This document shows, one piece after another, positions 43,280 to 52,623 of a stretch of DNA of 64,000 nt; positions within the stretch are counted from its first letter, which is position 1, and each line of letters opens with the position of its first letter. The position numbers were made by a program, and so were the translations under genes. The stretch lies in assembly GCA_963707505.1 (NCBI GenBank), contig CAVPQB010000006.1:32001-96000 (forward strand), written 5' to 3'. Below the pieces are notes generated by a model that worked only from the letters and a program-made list of their open reading frames with translations, was not told where the DNA came from and did not search any database. This DNA is from an uncultured Gemmatimonadales bacterium (GTDB lineage: Bacteria > Gemmatimonadota > Gemmatimonadetes > Gemmatimonadales > Gemmatimonadaceae).

Positions 43280-44403
43280 CAGTGCGCTCCAACGCCGGCG
43301 AGCACGCGCGACGGAGCGAATGGCGCTGGATCGATCGCGGGCTCGCGTCCAGTGATGAGATCCGCGAGCAGCTGTCCCGTTCCCACCGATGTGGTGATAC
43401 CGAGTCCCTCGTGACCGGCTGCGATCCATAATCCCGGCGTCTCGTCCCATGAGCCAATGAGGGGAAGCTTGTCCGGTGTCGCCGGACGAAAGCCGGTCCA
43501 CGTCCGGATCGCTGACGCGAGCGCCAGTCCCGGCATGAAGTCGAGCGCACGATCGAGCATGTTGCGCACGATGGACCGATTGATCGATCCGTCCCATCCA
43601 ACAAGCTCGCGCGATGAACCGATCAACATCTGTCCTGTAGCCCGCGGCTGAACGTTGAACGCGACTGATTCCGTCGTCATCGTGTGCGCGCTGGTCAGAT
43701 ATCCAAGCTCGACCAGCTGGTGTCGGCAGAATCCCGGATACCGGTCGGTGATGACGAGATGTCCCTTGCGCGGCACGATCGGAATTCCGGGAGTAAGCTC
43801 CGGTACCAGCGCACCCGCTGCGTTGATCACGCAGTCGCATGAGATCCGTTCGTTGCCGGCAATCACTTCGCGGGCGCCGATCGCGTTTACACGAACGCCC
43901 TCGCGCAGCCTGGCACCATTCGCGATCGCGCGCTGCAGCAACGCCCGCGCACCATTCGGCGGATAGATGACCGCATCGCCGCGCACGAGCAGGGCGCCAG
44001 CCAGCCCGGGGCGCAAATGCGGCTCGGCTTCGGCAAGCTGCGCTGGCGATAATATCTCGGTCGCGACCCCGCTATCCGCGTAAACGCCCTGTTTTGCGCG
44101 CACCGCTTCGAGCTGCTCGCCATCTTCGGCAACCCAGAGGGTGCCGCACGCTTCGTGCTCGACGTTATGCGGCAGCTCTGGCGCCAGTGCGGTCCACAAT
44201 CGTCCGGAATACGCGGTGAGAGCGAGCTGCGCAGGCGAATCATCCATCACTACCAGATGACCCATGCCGGCAGCTGTCGTACCGCTTCCGGCGAAGCTCG
44301 CGTCGAGTACCAGCACGCTCATACCGGAACGAGCCAGCGCCTCGGCGCATGCTGCACCGACGATTCCCGCGCCGACAACCACAGCGTCGTGGTGCGCAGT
44401 CAC
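43279..44403 (-). CDS. DAO-family FAD oxidoreductase, probable D-hydroxyproline dehydrogenase catalytic subunit
   Basis: GAGIVG, GMGH, WTGFRP and GHEGLGIT motifs. Confidence 0.87.
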   Translation of the reverse strand: MTAHHDAVVVGAGIVGAACAEALARSGMSVLVLDASFAGSGTTAAGMGHLVVMDDSPAQLALTAYSGRLWTALAPELPHNVEHEACGTLWVAEDGEQLEAVRAKQGVYADSGVATEILSPAQLAEAEPHLRPGLAGALLVRGDAVIYPPNGARALLQRAIANGARLREGVRVNAIGAREVIAGNERISCDCVINAAGALVPELTPGIPIVPRKGHLVITDRYPGFCRHQLVELGYLTSAHTMTTESVAFNVQPRATGQMLIGSSRELVGWDGSINRSIVRNMLDRALDFMPGLALASAIRTWTGFRPATPDKLPLIGSWDETPGLWIAAGHEGLGITTSVGTGQLLADLITGREPAIDPAPFAPSRVLAGVGAH

Positions 44404-44440
44404 CGTGTCCCGTCCACGCGCGGCACCGATGCAGTGCGGA

Positions 44441-45448
44441 TCACGCCGAAGGGATTCCACCGCGGAACGGGTCCGCCTGGTCGAATAGAAGCTTCGCTTC
44501 CGCTGTCACGTACGCCGTACCGCGAATGTGCGGAATCAGCTCACCGCGCTCGTTCGTCGTGAGCCAACCCGTGAACAGGCTTCCCGTGATGCTCTCCTGC
44601 CGCCACCGAGTCCCGAGTGCGATCTCACCCTTGGCATAGAGTACGGCAAGCTTGGCGGACGTCCCGGTGCCACATGGAGAGCGGTCGTATTCACCGCCCG
44701 AGCACAGCACGAAGTTCCTGCAATCCGCATCCGCGCGCGTCGGTGCCGCAGAGATCTCTATGTGATCGATCGGCTCGCCGTTCGCGCCCGTGATGCCTGC
44801 GGCGTTGATCGCATCCTGAATGGCCTGCGTGACGCGCGTCAATTCCTTCGCGTTGGCGGCAGTTACTGCGATCGGCGTGTTGTGCGTGATGAAGAACCAG
44901 TTACCGCCCCACGCAACGTCGCCCACTACGCGACCGATGCCTGGCACCTGAACCTCGACGTTGCGCGCATGACAGAATGACGGGACGTTCTCGATCGTCA
45001 CGCTGCCATCGACACTGAGCTCCGCCGACACGGTTCCGACAGGTGTGTCCAACCGGATTGTGCCGGGTTGAACACGACCGAGGTGTTGCAGCGTGCGTAC
45101 GACACCGATTGCGCCATGTCCGCACATCCCCAGATACGTTCCGTTGTTGAAAAAGATCACACCGGTGGTCGAATCTGGATTCACGGGTGGTGTCAAAAGC
45201 GCGCCAACGATCGCGTCGTTGCCACGCGGCTCGCACACCACCGCACGCCGAAGATGGTCGAAGCGCGTGCGCACATCCTCGCTCCGCTCCGCCATCGTAG
45301 CGCCGCGCGGCTGTGGCCATCCGTCCAGCACCACTCGCGTGGGCTCGCCCTCGGTGTGCGAATCGACAACGTGGATATTCGCGGGAAATGTGGCGGGTGA
45401 TTCTTCTGCAATCACGCCCGACTCGGCGGTGGCGGCGCCGTTGGTCAC
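44441..45448 (-). CDS. Proline racemase family, probable 4-hydroxyproline 2-epimerase
   Basis: DSHTEGEPTR, MCGH and DRSPCGTG (two-Cys type). Confidence 0.92.
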   Translation of the reverse strand: MTNGAATAESGVIAEESPATFPANIHVVDSHTEGEPTRVVLDGWPQPRGATMAERSEDVRTRFDHLRRAVVCEPRGNDAIVGALLTPPVNPDSTTGVIFFNNGTYLGMCGHGAIGVVRTLQHLGRVQPGTIRLDTPVGTVSAELSVDGSVTIENVPSFCHARNVEVQVPGIGRVVGDVAWGGNWFFITHNTPIAVTAANAKELTRVTQAIQDAINAAGITGANGEPIDHIEISAAPTRADADCRNFVLCSGGEYDRSPCGTGTSAKLAVLYAKGEIALGTRWRQESITGSLFTGWLTTNERGELIPHIRGTAYVTAEAKLLFDQADPFRGGIPSA

Positions 45449-46899
45449 GGATTCACCTGTACTGTCTTGATCTCGGTATAGAACTCGCGCGCAGCAGGTC
45501 CCTGCTCGCGGCTGCCGGAGCTCGAGCCCTTCATTCCGCCAAAGGGCGCGTGCGGATCGACACCAGTGGTGTCTCCATTCACGCGCACGAGGCCGACGTG
45601 AATGCGATTGATGTAATCCAGCGCTGTGGTCAGATCACGCGTGAAGATCGATGCGCTCAGACCATAGGACGTGCGATTCGCCAGCTCGATTGCGTGATCT
45701 GCGTCGTCTGCGGTGAATGCGGCCAGCACCGGCCCAAACAGTTCGCGCTGCGCGAGCATTCCATCGGGATCGCCACCACGCACGACTGTTGGCGCAAAGA
45801 AGTTGCCGTTGCTGAACTCGGCGGAGCCGGGTATGGGGACCGAAAACAGTGCCTCGGCGTTCGCATCCTTGAGCGCCTGGGTTATCGAATCATGCGACAT
45901 TCGACTGATCAGCGGACCGACTGCGGCTTTTGCGTCCGTCACAGGACCGATCGGAAGTGATTCCACCTGCGAGCGAAGCTGGCTCAGAAACTCGTTCTCG
46001 ACACTGCGGGCGACGACTACTCTGCTCGTTGCGGTGCACTTCTGGCCCGCGTAGCGCATTGCGCCAGCCGCGGTGAGCGATGCGGCCTTTGCAATGTCAG
46101 CATCTGGCATGACGATGACTACGTTCTTGCCGCCCATCTCGGTCTGATACCGAATATTGCGCGCTGCCGCGGTCGCAGCCACACGTGCCCCCACGGCGCC
46201 GGATCCGGTAAAGCTGACAGCACGAACTTCCGGCGCTCCGAGTAGCGCCGCGCCAACTGTTGCGCCGGCGCCGAACAATACATTGAACACGCCGGCAGGA
46301 ATGCCGGCTGCAAAGGCAGTTTCCGCAAGCAATGCCGCGAGGTACGACGACGACTCCGCCGGCTTGAGTACGACGGTGTTACCGAATGCGAGCGCAGGCG
46401 CGACCTTCCATAGTGGAATCGCCAGCGGAAAATTCCACGGCGTGATCATCGCCACCACGCCGAGTGGCTCACGCAGACTGAACTGAAGCGCGCCCGGAGA
46501 TTGTGCCGGAATGACGTCGCCGATCTGGCGTACCGCCTCACCGGCGTAGTAGCGCAGGATCACCACGCAGCGGGATACTTCGCCGCGCGCCTCGCCGATC
46601 GGCTTTCCGACCTCGCGCGCCATGACCTGCGCCAGCTCTTCGGCCCGGTCGCCGATCGCGGCGGCCCATTTGTAAAGATGCTCGGCGCGTGCCGGACCTG
46701 TGAGTGCGCGCCACGCCGGGAATGCCCGCGCTGCAGCACTTGCTGCCGCATGCGCGTCATTAGCCGAACCCTCCGGCACGAGCGCGATGACATCACGCAC
46801 GTCGGAGGGGTTCACATCATCTATCCATCCACCTGTCTCGCTGTCACGCCAGCCATTATCGATGAAGTGTTGCAGTCGTCTGGCAGTACTACCTGTCAT
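45445..46899 (-). CDS. Aldehyde dehydrogenase, probable alpha-ketoglutaric semialdehyde dehydrogenase
   Basis: ITPWNFP, EMGGKN, GQKCTATSR and ELFGP motifs; operon context. Confidence 0.88.
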   Translation of the reverse strand: MTGSTARRLQHFIDNGWRDSETGGWIDDVNPSDVRDVIALVPEGSANDAHAAASAAARAFPAWRALTGPARAEHLYKWAAAIGDRAEELAQVMAREVGKPIGEARGEVSRCVVILRYYAGEAVRQIGDVIPAQSPGALQFSLREPLGVVAMITPWNFPLAIPLWKVAPALAFGNTVVLKPAESSSYLAALLAETAFAAGIPAGVFNVLFGAGATVGAALLGAPEVRAVSFTGSGAVGARVAATAAARNIRYQTEMGGKNVVIVMPDADIAKAASLTAAGAMRYAGQKCTATSRVVVARSVENEFLSQLRSQVESLPIGPVTDAKAAVGPLISRMSHDSITQALKDANAEALFSVPIPGSAEFSNGNFFAPTVVRGGDPDGMLAQRELFGPVLAAFTADDADHAIELANRTSYGLSASIFTRDLTTALDYINRIHVGLVRVNGDTTGVDPHAPFGGMKGSSSGSREQGPAAREFYTEIKTVQVNP

Positions 46900-47666
46900 G
46901 ATCTTCGTTCCTTTGTTGGTCGCCCTTCTTCAGCCTCGCGCTCCGCGCTGACGAACCTGACGAGCTGACGGCCGGCGCCGAGTATGTGTTGCCGCATGAG
47001 CGAGCAAGCCTGCTTGACATCCTGTGCCGCGACGGCCGCAAGGATGGCGCGATGCTCATCGATCGCGCGCGATTCGCCGTGCGTGAGCACCAGTTGCATG
47101 CGGAGATAACGGTCACTCTGCTGGTGCAGCCGCTGAATGATCGCCATGGTGAATGGGCGATCGGCAGCCGCATAGAGCGTCGAGTGAAATTCCCAGTTCA
47201 GCTTGCCCCACTCGGCGACCTCACCAGCGCGGAACGCCGCCTCGTAAGCCTTGAGTATCTCCTTCGCGCGCGAGATGTGCTCCGCTGTTGTGCGCATGAT
47301 TGCGCGGCGAACGAGGTCGCCCTCGATCTGCGCACGCAGTTCGAACAATTCATTGATCTCATCCACAGAGAGCGACGAAACCACCGCGCCGCGATGCGGA
47401 TTGAATACCACGAGACCCTCTGCTTCGAGCTGGCGTAGTGCTTCGCGAATCGGGATTCGGCTCACGCCCAATTCGGCGGCAAGCGCGTCCTGTCGAAGCG
47501 GTATATCGTCGGCGTAAACCCCGCGCAGGATCCTCTCGCGCAACGCTTCCGTCGCCTGGTGCGTGACAGTTTGGCGCGTGATCGGCACTACCATCATCTT
47601 CGTCTCGTTCGAGCTCTTGCCGACGGCCTTGACGGCCTTGTTGGATGAACCGAGGGTGCGACCCAT
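46896..47666 (-). CDS. GntR (FadR/FCD) transcriptional regulator
   Basis: LAAELGVSRIPIREAL helix-turn-helix and FCD domain (FH...EH); start uncertain. Confidence 0.93.
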   Translation of the reverse strand: MGRTLGSSNKAVKAVGKSSNETKMMVVPITRQTVTHQATEALRERILRGVYADDIPLRQDALAAELGVSRIPIREALRQLEAEGLVVFNPHRGAVVSSLSVDEINELFELRAQIEGDLVRRAIMRTTAEHISRAKEILKAYEAAFRAGEVAEWGKLNWEFHSTLYAAADRPFTMAIIQRLHQQSDRYLRMQLVLTHGESRAIDEHRAILAAVAAQDVKQACSLMRQHILGAGRQLVRFVSAEREAEEGRPTKERRS

Positions 47667-47762
47667 GTGCTATGTTCTCCGGAGTTGGGATGTGGCGTTC
47701 TGGGCCAAGCAATCCGTAGAGATAAGCCGACTTGCCGCGACTCGCCACCAGCACGGTGGATT

Positions 47763-47795
47763 GGATACAATATCCTATTTTCCAGCGCCCGGCAA
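47763..47795 (-). promoter_or_regulatory. Promoter with overlapping palindromic operator
   Basis: TTGCCG-N17-TATTGT on the minus strand; GGATACAATATCC (47763-47775) covers the -10 element. Confidence 0.6.
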
Positions 47796-47840
47796 GTGCG
47801 GGGTGCCGCCGCGGCAGCGGCGGCACCGTTCATCAGACAA

Positions 47841-50800
47841 CTACCGGCGGCCGCCGCTGCCGAACGACGTGGGGATCGGCCCCACCTTTCCCTGCATCCG
47901 GCTGTTGAACGCCGGTACGTCGCGACCGACCAGGGTCGTATAACTGGCCCGTGCCGCGGCCAGCGCCCGCTCGATCCCTCCAAGCACCTCGAGCGACTGA
48001 GCGGTGGGCCGATAGTCGGCGCCTCCAGCGACGTCGCCCGCTCCGCTGCCAACCTCGCCCGATAGCCAGACCAGGCCCATGTACACCTTGAACTGCTCCA
48101 CGTAGTACTTGTCATCGCTCTCCATGTCCGAGCGCGTCAACAATTGCAGCTCCACGCCCAGCATCTGATCGTTCAGACGGTCCAGCTCCGCTACGATATC
48201 CGACTTGCTGGCATTGGCCGCGCGCTCGTCGGCAATCGTCTTTCGCATCGACTCGATGTGATTGATCATGTGCACCGCTTCGGCCATGTCGTTGCGAATC
48301 CGCAGCTGCGTCTGCGTCGACGCGACAAGGTCCGCTGTCGGCGATGGCATGGCGGGATCACGAATCACTTCGAACGGCTGAGTCCAGCTCTTTCCCGCCA
48401 CGGTAAGCCGCACGGAATACCTGCCCGGCGATGCAATCGGGCCAGTCCTGACAGGCGCTTCGATTCCCCAGTGCAATACGGGACGTGTGGATTTCCCGCT
48501 GAACCGCGGATCGGCAAAGATGTGCGGATTGTCAGGGGCGACCGTGCGCAGCACGACCTGGGGCGCCGGCTCGTAGCGCAGATCCCATGGCACACGATTG
48601 AGCCCCGCACGAGCTCGGAGGTGGAACGTACGGATCGCTGTGCCCGATGCATCCAGCACTTCGACGCCCACACTGTCCTGCGCCTGCGGTAGCTCGAAGG
48701 TGAAGTCGGCGCGGCCCGACCGGGCCTGTCGGTATGCCAGGTGCGGTGTGAAGAGGCGTGGCGCTGCAGGCGGCGCAGCAGGAGTGGCAGACGCTCCCTG
48801 CGCCAGCGCCGTGACGTCGCGAAGAATGTAGAGGCCGCGTCCATAAGTCGACACGACGACGTCGTTCCATCGCTTCGGAACGGCGATCCACGTCACCGGA
48901 GCCGCCGGGAGACCCGCGTTGAACTTCGTCCAGTGCGCGCCGTCGTTCACCGAGTAGTAGAACGCGTTCCCCGTTCCTGCGAACAACATCCCCTTCCTGT
49001 CCGGATTCTCGGCAATCGACATCACGTACGCGAGCGGGTGATCGTTCGGAAGGTCCGATGTGATGTTGGTCCACGTGTGTCCGTAATCGGTCGTCTTGTA
49101 GATGTACGGCTTACGGTTATCCATGATGTGGAAATCGATCGCCACGTATGCAGTTGCCGGATCGAAGTGCGACGGCTCGATCTTTCGGATCGTTCCCCAC
49201 GCCGGCAATCCCTTGATGTTGGCAGTGACGTTGTTCCAGTGGCCGCCCGCATCGGAAGTGTACCACAGCTGTCCGTCGTTCGTACCCGCCCAGATCAGGC
49301 CACGCTTGATCTCCGATGGAGCGATTGCGAATACAACCTCACCGTAGAACTGTCCAAGGTTGTCGGCAACGAGTCCACCCGACGAAACGATGCGCGAAGG
49401 ATCGCGCGTCGAGAGGTCCGGACTGATCACGGTCCAGTGCTGGCCTGCGTCCGACGTGCGGAAGATCACCTGACAGCCGTAATACACGGTCTTCGTATCG
49501 AACGGATCGATGGCGAGCGGCGGCGTCCAGTGACAGCGATACTTCGTCTTGTCTGGCGGAGAATCGAGTGTATGGACCCACGGACTTACCGAGCGCGCAA
49601 GCTTGGTGCGTGCATCGTAGCGTGTGACTGTGTTCCCATAACAGCTCGCCCAGACGACGTCCGTGTTCGACCGATCCGGCAGTGTGAAGCCCGACTCGCA
49701 TCCCCCGAGTCCGTTTTCCCACGGCGTGCGCGCGTACACATCACCAAAGCTCTGCGGCAGTAATTCCGGATTCTCCGTCGCGGCGGCGGTGGCGGCGGCG
49801 CGCTGTCGACCCTCGCCCGCGGTCGTGTCGCGAGCAGCTCCGCGCCGGACGGTTGAATCCTTCCGCATGCTGTCGGCGTGAATCGTGTCGGCTGGCGGCT
49901 CCGGACGGCGACGCTCGAAGTTACGGATAGGAGCGTTGCTCGCGCCACGCATCGGGAAGCTGTTGTCCTGACGGTTGGAATAGATCCAGTACGGCACCTG
50001 ATCATCGACAGCCACATGGTACATCTGCCCGTTGGGGAGCGATACCTGCGTGAAATTCTTGCCGTGGTCAAAGGTGATGTGAGCACCGGCGTCGTCCGTC
50101 AGTGAAAAAATGTCCGGGTTCTTTGGATCGATCCAGATGTCGTGCGTATCACCGCCCCATCGCACTTCCTTGAATGTCTTGCCTCCGTCCTTGGATTGCC
50201 AGAAGCTGCTGTTGGCGATGAGAATCTCGTCCGCATTCCCGCTCGACACCTTGATGTCGATGTAGTAGCCGGCGCGACCGATGAGTGTTCGTTGCCAGTT
50301 CACATTCTTCCACGTGCGTCCACCGTCATCCGATCGCCAGACAGACCCCTGATCGGCGGTCTGGATCAGCGCATACACGCGATTCGAATTCGTCGGCGCA
50401 ACTGCGACGTCGATCTTTCCAAGCGGCGATTTCGGAAGACCGGGATCGGTGAGCTTGCTCCAGGTACTGCCTCCATCGCGCGTGACATACAATCCGCTCG
50501 ACGGACCACCACCCAGCATCACCCACGTGTGCATCACCACCTGCCACATTCCGGCGAATACGACATTCGGATCATGCGCGTCCATCGAAAGTCCCGAACA
50601 TCCCGTACCGTCGTCCACGAAAAGCACGCGCGTCCATGACTTTCCGCCATCGGTGGTGCGATACACTCCGCGTTCCTGTTGCGGGCCGGTCGTGCGTCCG
50701 AGCGCGCACACGAATACAATGTTCGCGTTGGTCGGATTGACTATGATCCGGCCGATGCGCCCCGTCTCGCGCAAGCCCATGTTCTTCCATGTCTTGCCGG

Positions 50801-51209
50801 CATCGGTGGACTTGTAAATTCCGTCACCCATCACGTCCGCATCGCGAATCGCCCACGCCTCGCCGGTGCCGGCCCATACGGTGCCCGGTTCCGAGGGCGC
50901 GGTTGCGAGCGCACCGATCGCCTGAACATCCATACTGTCAAAAACTGGCACGAAGGTGCGGCCGCTATCACTCGACTTCCACACACCGCCCGACGCCGAG
51001 CCCATGTACCACGTACGCGGATCACCCGCGACGCCCGAAACCGAGGCGATGCGTCCGCCATTCGCCGGCCCCATGTACTCGAAAGCGAACGGCTCGGTCT
51101 CGAGCCCACGATTTGGCGGACCGGTACGCTGCGCAACAGCGGACGCAGGGCCGAGTGTCATCGCTATTCCGATAGTTGTAGCGATCAGAAAAATCGAACG
51201 ATTGCGCAT
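47841..51209 (-). CDS. Secreted VPS10/BNR-repeat beta-propeller protein (glycosyl hydrolase-like)
   Basis: Many SxDxGxTW Asp-box repeats and a signal peptide. Confidence 0.85.
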   Translation of the reverse strand: MRNRSIFLIATTIGIAMTLGPASAVAQRTGPPNRGLETEPFAFEYMGPANGGRIASVSGVAGDPRTWYMGSASGGVWKSSDSGRTFVPVFDSMDVQAIGALATAPSEPGTVWAGTGEAWAIRDADVMGDGIYKSTDAGKTWKNMGLRETGRIGRIIVNPTNANIVFVCALGRTTGPQQERGVYRTTDGGKSWTRVLFVDDGTGCSGLSMDAHDPNVVFAGMWQVVMHTWVMLGGGPSSGLYVTRDGGSTWSKLTDPGLPKSPLGKIDVAVAPTNSNRVYALIQTADQGSVWRSDDGGRTWKNVNWQRTLIGRAGYYIDIKVSSGNADEILIANSSFWQSKDGGKTFKEVRWGGDTHDIWIDPKNPDIFSLTDDAGAHITFDHGKNFTQVSLPNGQMYHVAVDDQVPYWIYSNRQDNSFPMRGASNAPIRNFERRRPEPPADTIHADSMRKDSTVRRGAARDTTAGEGRQRAAATAAATENPELLPQSFGDVYARTPWENGLGGCESGFTLPDRSNTDVVWASCYGNTVTRYDARTKLARSVSPWVHTLDSPPDKTKYRCHWTPPLAIDPFDTKTVYYGCQVIFRTSDAGQHWTVISPDLSTRDPSRIVSSGGLVADNLGQFYGEVVFAIAPSEIKRGLIWAGTNDGQLWYTSDAGGHWNNVTANIKGLPAWGTIRKIEPSHFDPATAYVAIDFHIMDNRKPYIYKTTDYGHTWTNITSDLPNDHPLAYVMSIAENPDRKGMLFAGTGNAFYYSVNDGAHWTKFNAGLPAAPVTWIAVPKRWNDVVVSTYGRGLYILRDVTALAQGASATPAAPPAAPRLFTPHLAYRQARSGRADFTFELPQAQDSVGVEVLDASGTAIRTFHLRARAGLNRVPWDLRYEPAPQVVLRTVAPDNPHIFADPRFSGKSTRPVLHWGIEAPVRTGPIASPGRYSVRLTVAGKSWTQPFEVIRDPAMPSPTADLVASTQTQLRIRNDMAEAVHMINHIESMRKTIADERAANASKSDIVAELDRLNDQMLGVELQLLTRSDMESDDKYYVEQFKVYMGLVWLSGEVGSGAGDVAGGADYRPTAQSLEVLGGIERALAAARASYTTLVGRDVPAFNSRMQGKVGPIPTSFGSGGRR

Positions 51210-51230
51210 TGAAAGACCGGTGTGTTGTTA

Positions 51231-52604
51231 TCAGGCGCCGCACGCATGCGGATCGTTCCAGTTGAGCGTCGGATCTGCAGGGACGTTCGGATTCGTCTGC
51301 CGTTCTGCATTCGTGTACAGCATTCGGCCAGGCAGTGACGCTGCACCGTTAGCCGGTACGAGCGCGGGCAGGCACGTGCGCTTGTAGTCGTTCCACGCCT
51401 CTACGTTCTGGAACAGAGTGATGTACTTCTCCTGCATGATGCTGGCGAGCGATACAGGCCCCGCAATCGGTGGAAGCGTCAACGCTGAGTGCCACGGCGT
51501 CGGAATCGCCCATGCGGCACGCTCACGGTTGAGCGTGTCGAGCGCTGCCTGCGTGTTACCAAGCTGGAACAATGCCTCCGCCTTGATCAACAGATTCTCA
51601 TTGTATGTGACGAGCGGTTGGCGATAGTCAGGAGCAAGTCGCTTCGCGCTGATCGTGGCCATGTTTCCGGCAAGCCCCTGTCCCGGCGATGCGCCGACGT
51701 AATCTGTCGCGCCAGCCGCAATCTGGTAATACTCGGCCAGTCGTGGATCGCCGAGGCTCTTGAGCAGGTTTACCTGATACTTACCTGCGCGCATGAAGCC
51801 TGTACGCGTTCCGGTGAGCATGAACTGGTACCAGTCGTTCTGCTCGTTCGCGTTGCTGGTCTGGTAGGTGATGTAGTCAGCCGCATTGCTCGAGATGCCC
51901 AGATTGGCCTCGGTCAGGGCCTTTGCATAGTTGGTCGGATCCTTCTCGGCCAGATGCAGATAGAAACGAGCCTTGAGCGTGTGCGCAAGCTGCAACCAGA
52001 GAGCTGGATTTCCCTTGTAGATGATCTCCGCCGCGCCAGGCCCGACTCCCGTAGCAGCACTGAGATTTGCGATCGCCTGATCCAGCGTCGCCAACACACT
52101 GTCGTACACGACCTGCTGCGGATCGTATTTTGGCGTCGGGAACGAATCGGCTTTGGCAGCCTGTGTGTACGGCACGTCGCCCCAGACATCGGCGAGCGTT
52201 CCCATCTCCCACGCCTTGAGCGTCTGCGCTATACCAAGGAATATGTTGTCCCCTGACGCAGCGGAACTCGCCTCGATCGTGCGAATGTCGATCAGCCCGC
52301 CGCCAGTGTACGGCATGCTGAAGTCGCCACTACCGCCGTCCAGCACGTACAGATCCTGCACCTGATATTGCAACTGCGTTCCTGCCATCTGTTGCATCCA
52401 CATGGACACCACGCGTGGCAGGTTGCCGTTGAGAAACTGTGTGAGTTTCGCCTGCACAGCGACGAGACGCTGCGTGGAAGTTGCTGCGGTCGGTGCGTTT
52501 GGACTCGTGATGCAGTCGGAACACTTGAGATAGTTGTCGCCGCAGCTCGCAACAACGACTGGAATCGCCGCTGCCAGTACCGCACTTCTGATGTATCGCT
52601 TCAC
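51231..52604 (-). CDS. SusD/RagB family lipoprotein
   Basis: VASC lipobox, WGDVPY, DPRL and EAWNDYKR motifs; directly follows SusC. Confidence 0.9.
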   Translation of the reverse strand: MKRYIRSAVLAAAIPVVVASCGDNYLKCSDCITSPNAPTAATSTQRLVAVQAKLTQFLNGNLPRVVSMWMQQMAGTQLQYQVQDLYVLDGGSGDFSMPYTGGGLIDIRTIEASSAASGDNIFLGIAQTLKAWEMGTLADVWGDVPYTQAAKADSFPTPKYDPQQVVYDSVLATLDQAIANLSAATGVGPGAAEIIYKGNPALWLQLAHTLKARFYLHLAEKDPTNYAKALTEANLGISSNAADYITYQTSNANEQNDWYQFMLTGTRTGFMRAGKYQVNLLKSLGDPRLAEYYQIAAGATDYVGASPGQGLAGNMATISAKRLAPDYRQPLVTYNENLLIKAEALFQLGNTQAALDTLNRERAAWAIPTPWHSALTLPPIAGPVSLASIMQEKYITLFQNVEAWNDYKRTCLPALVPANGAASLPGRMLYTNAERQTNPNVPADPTLNWNDPHACGA

Positions 52605-52623
52605 GGATGGATCTCCTTTGGGA

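Noticed and set aside
47597..47666. AT-hook-like N-terminal extension of the GntR (MGRTLGSSNK)
   Set aside because: Lacks the GRP core, and the true start may be the downstream MMVVP.
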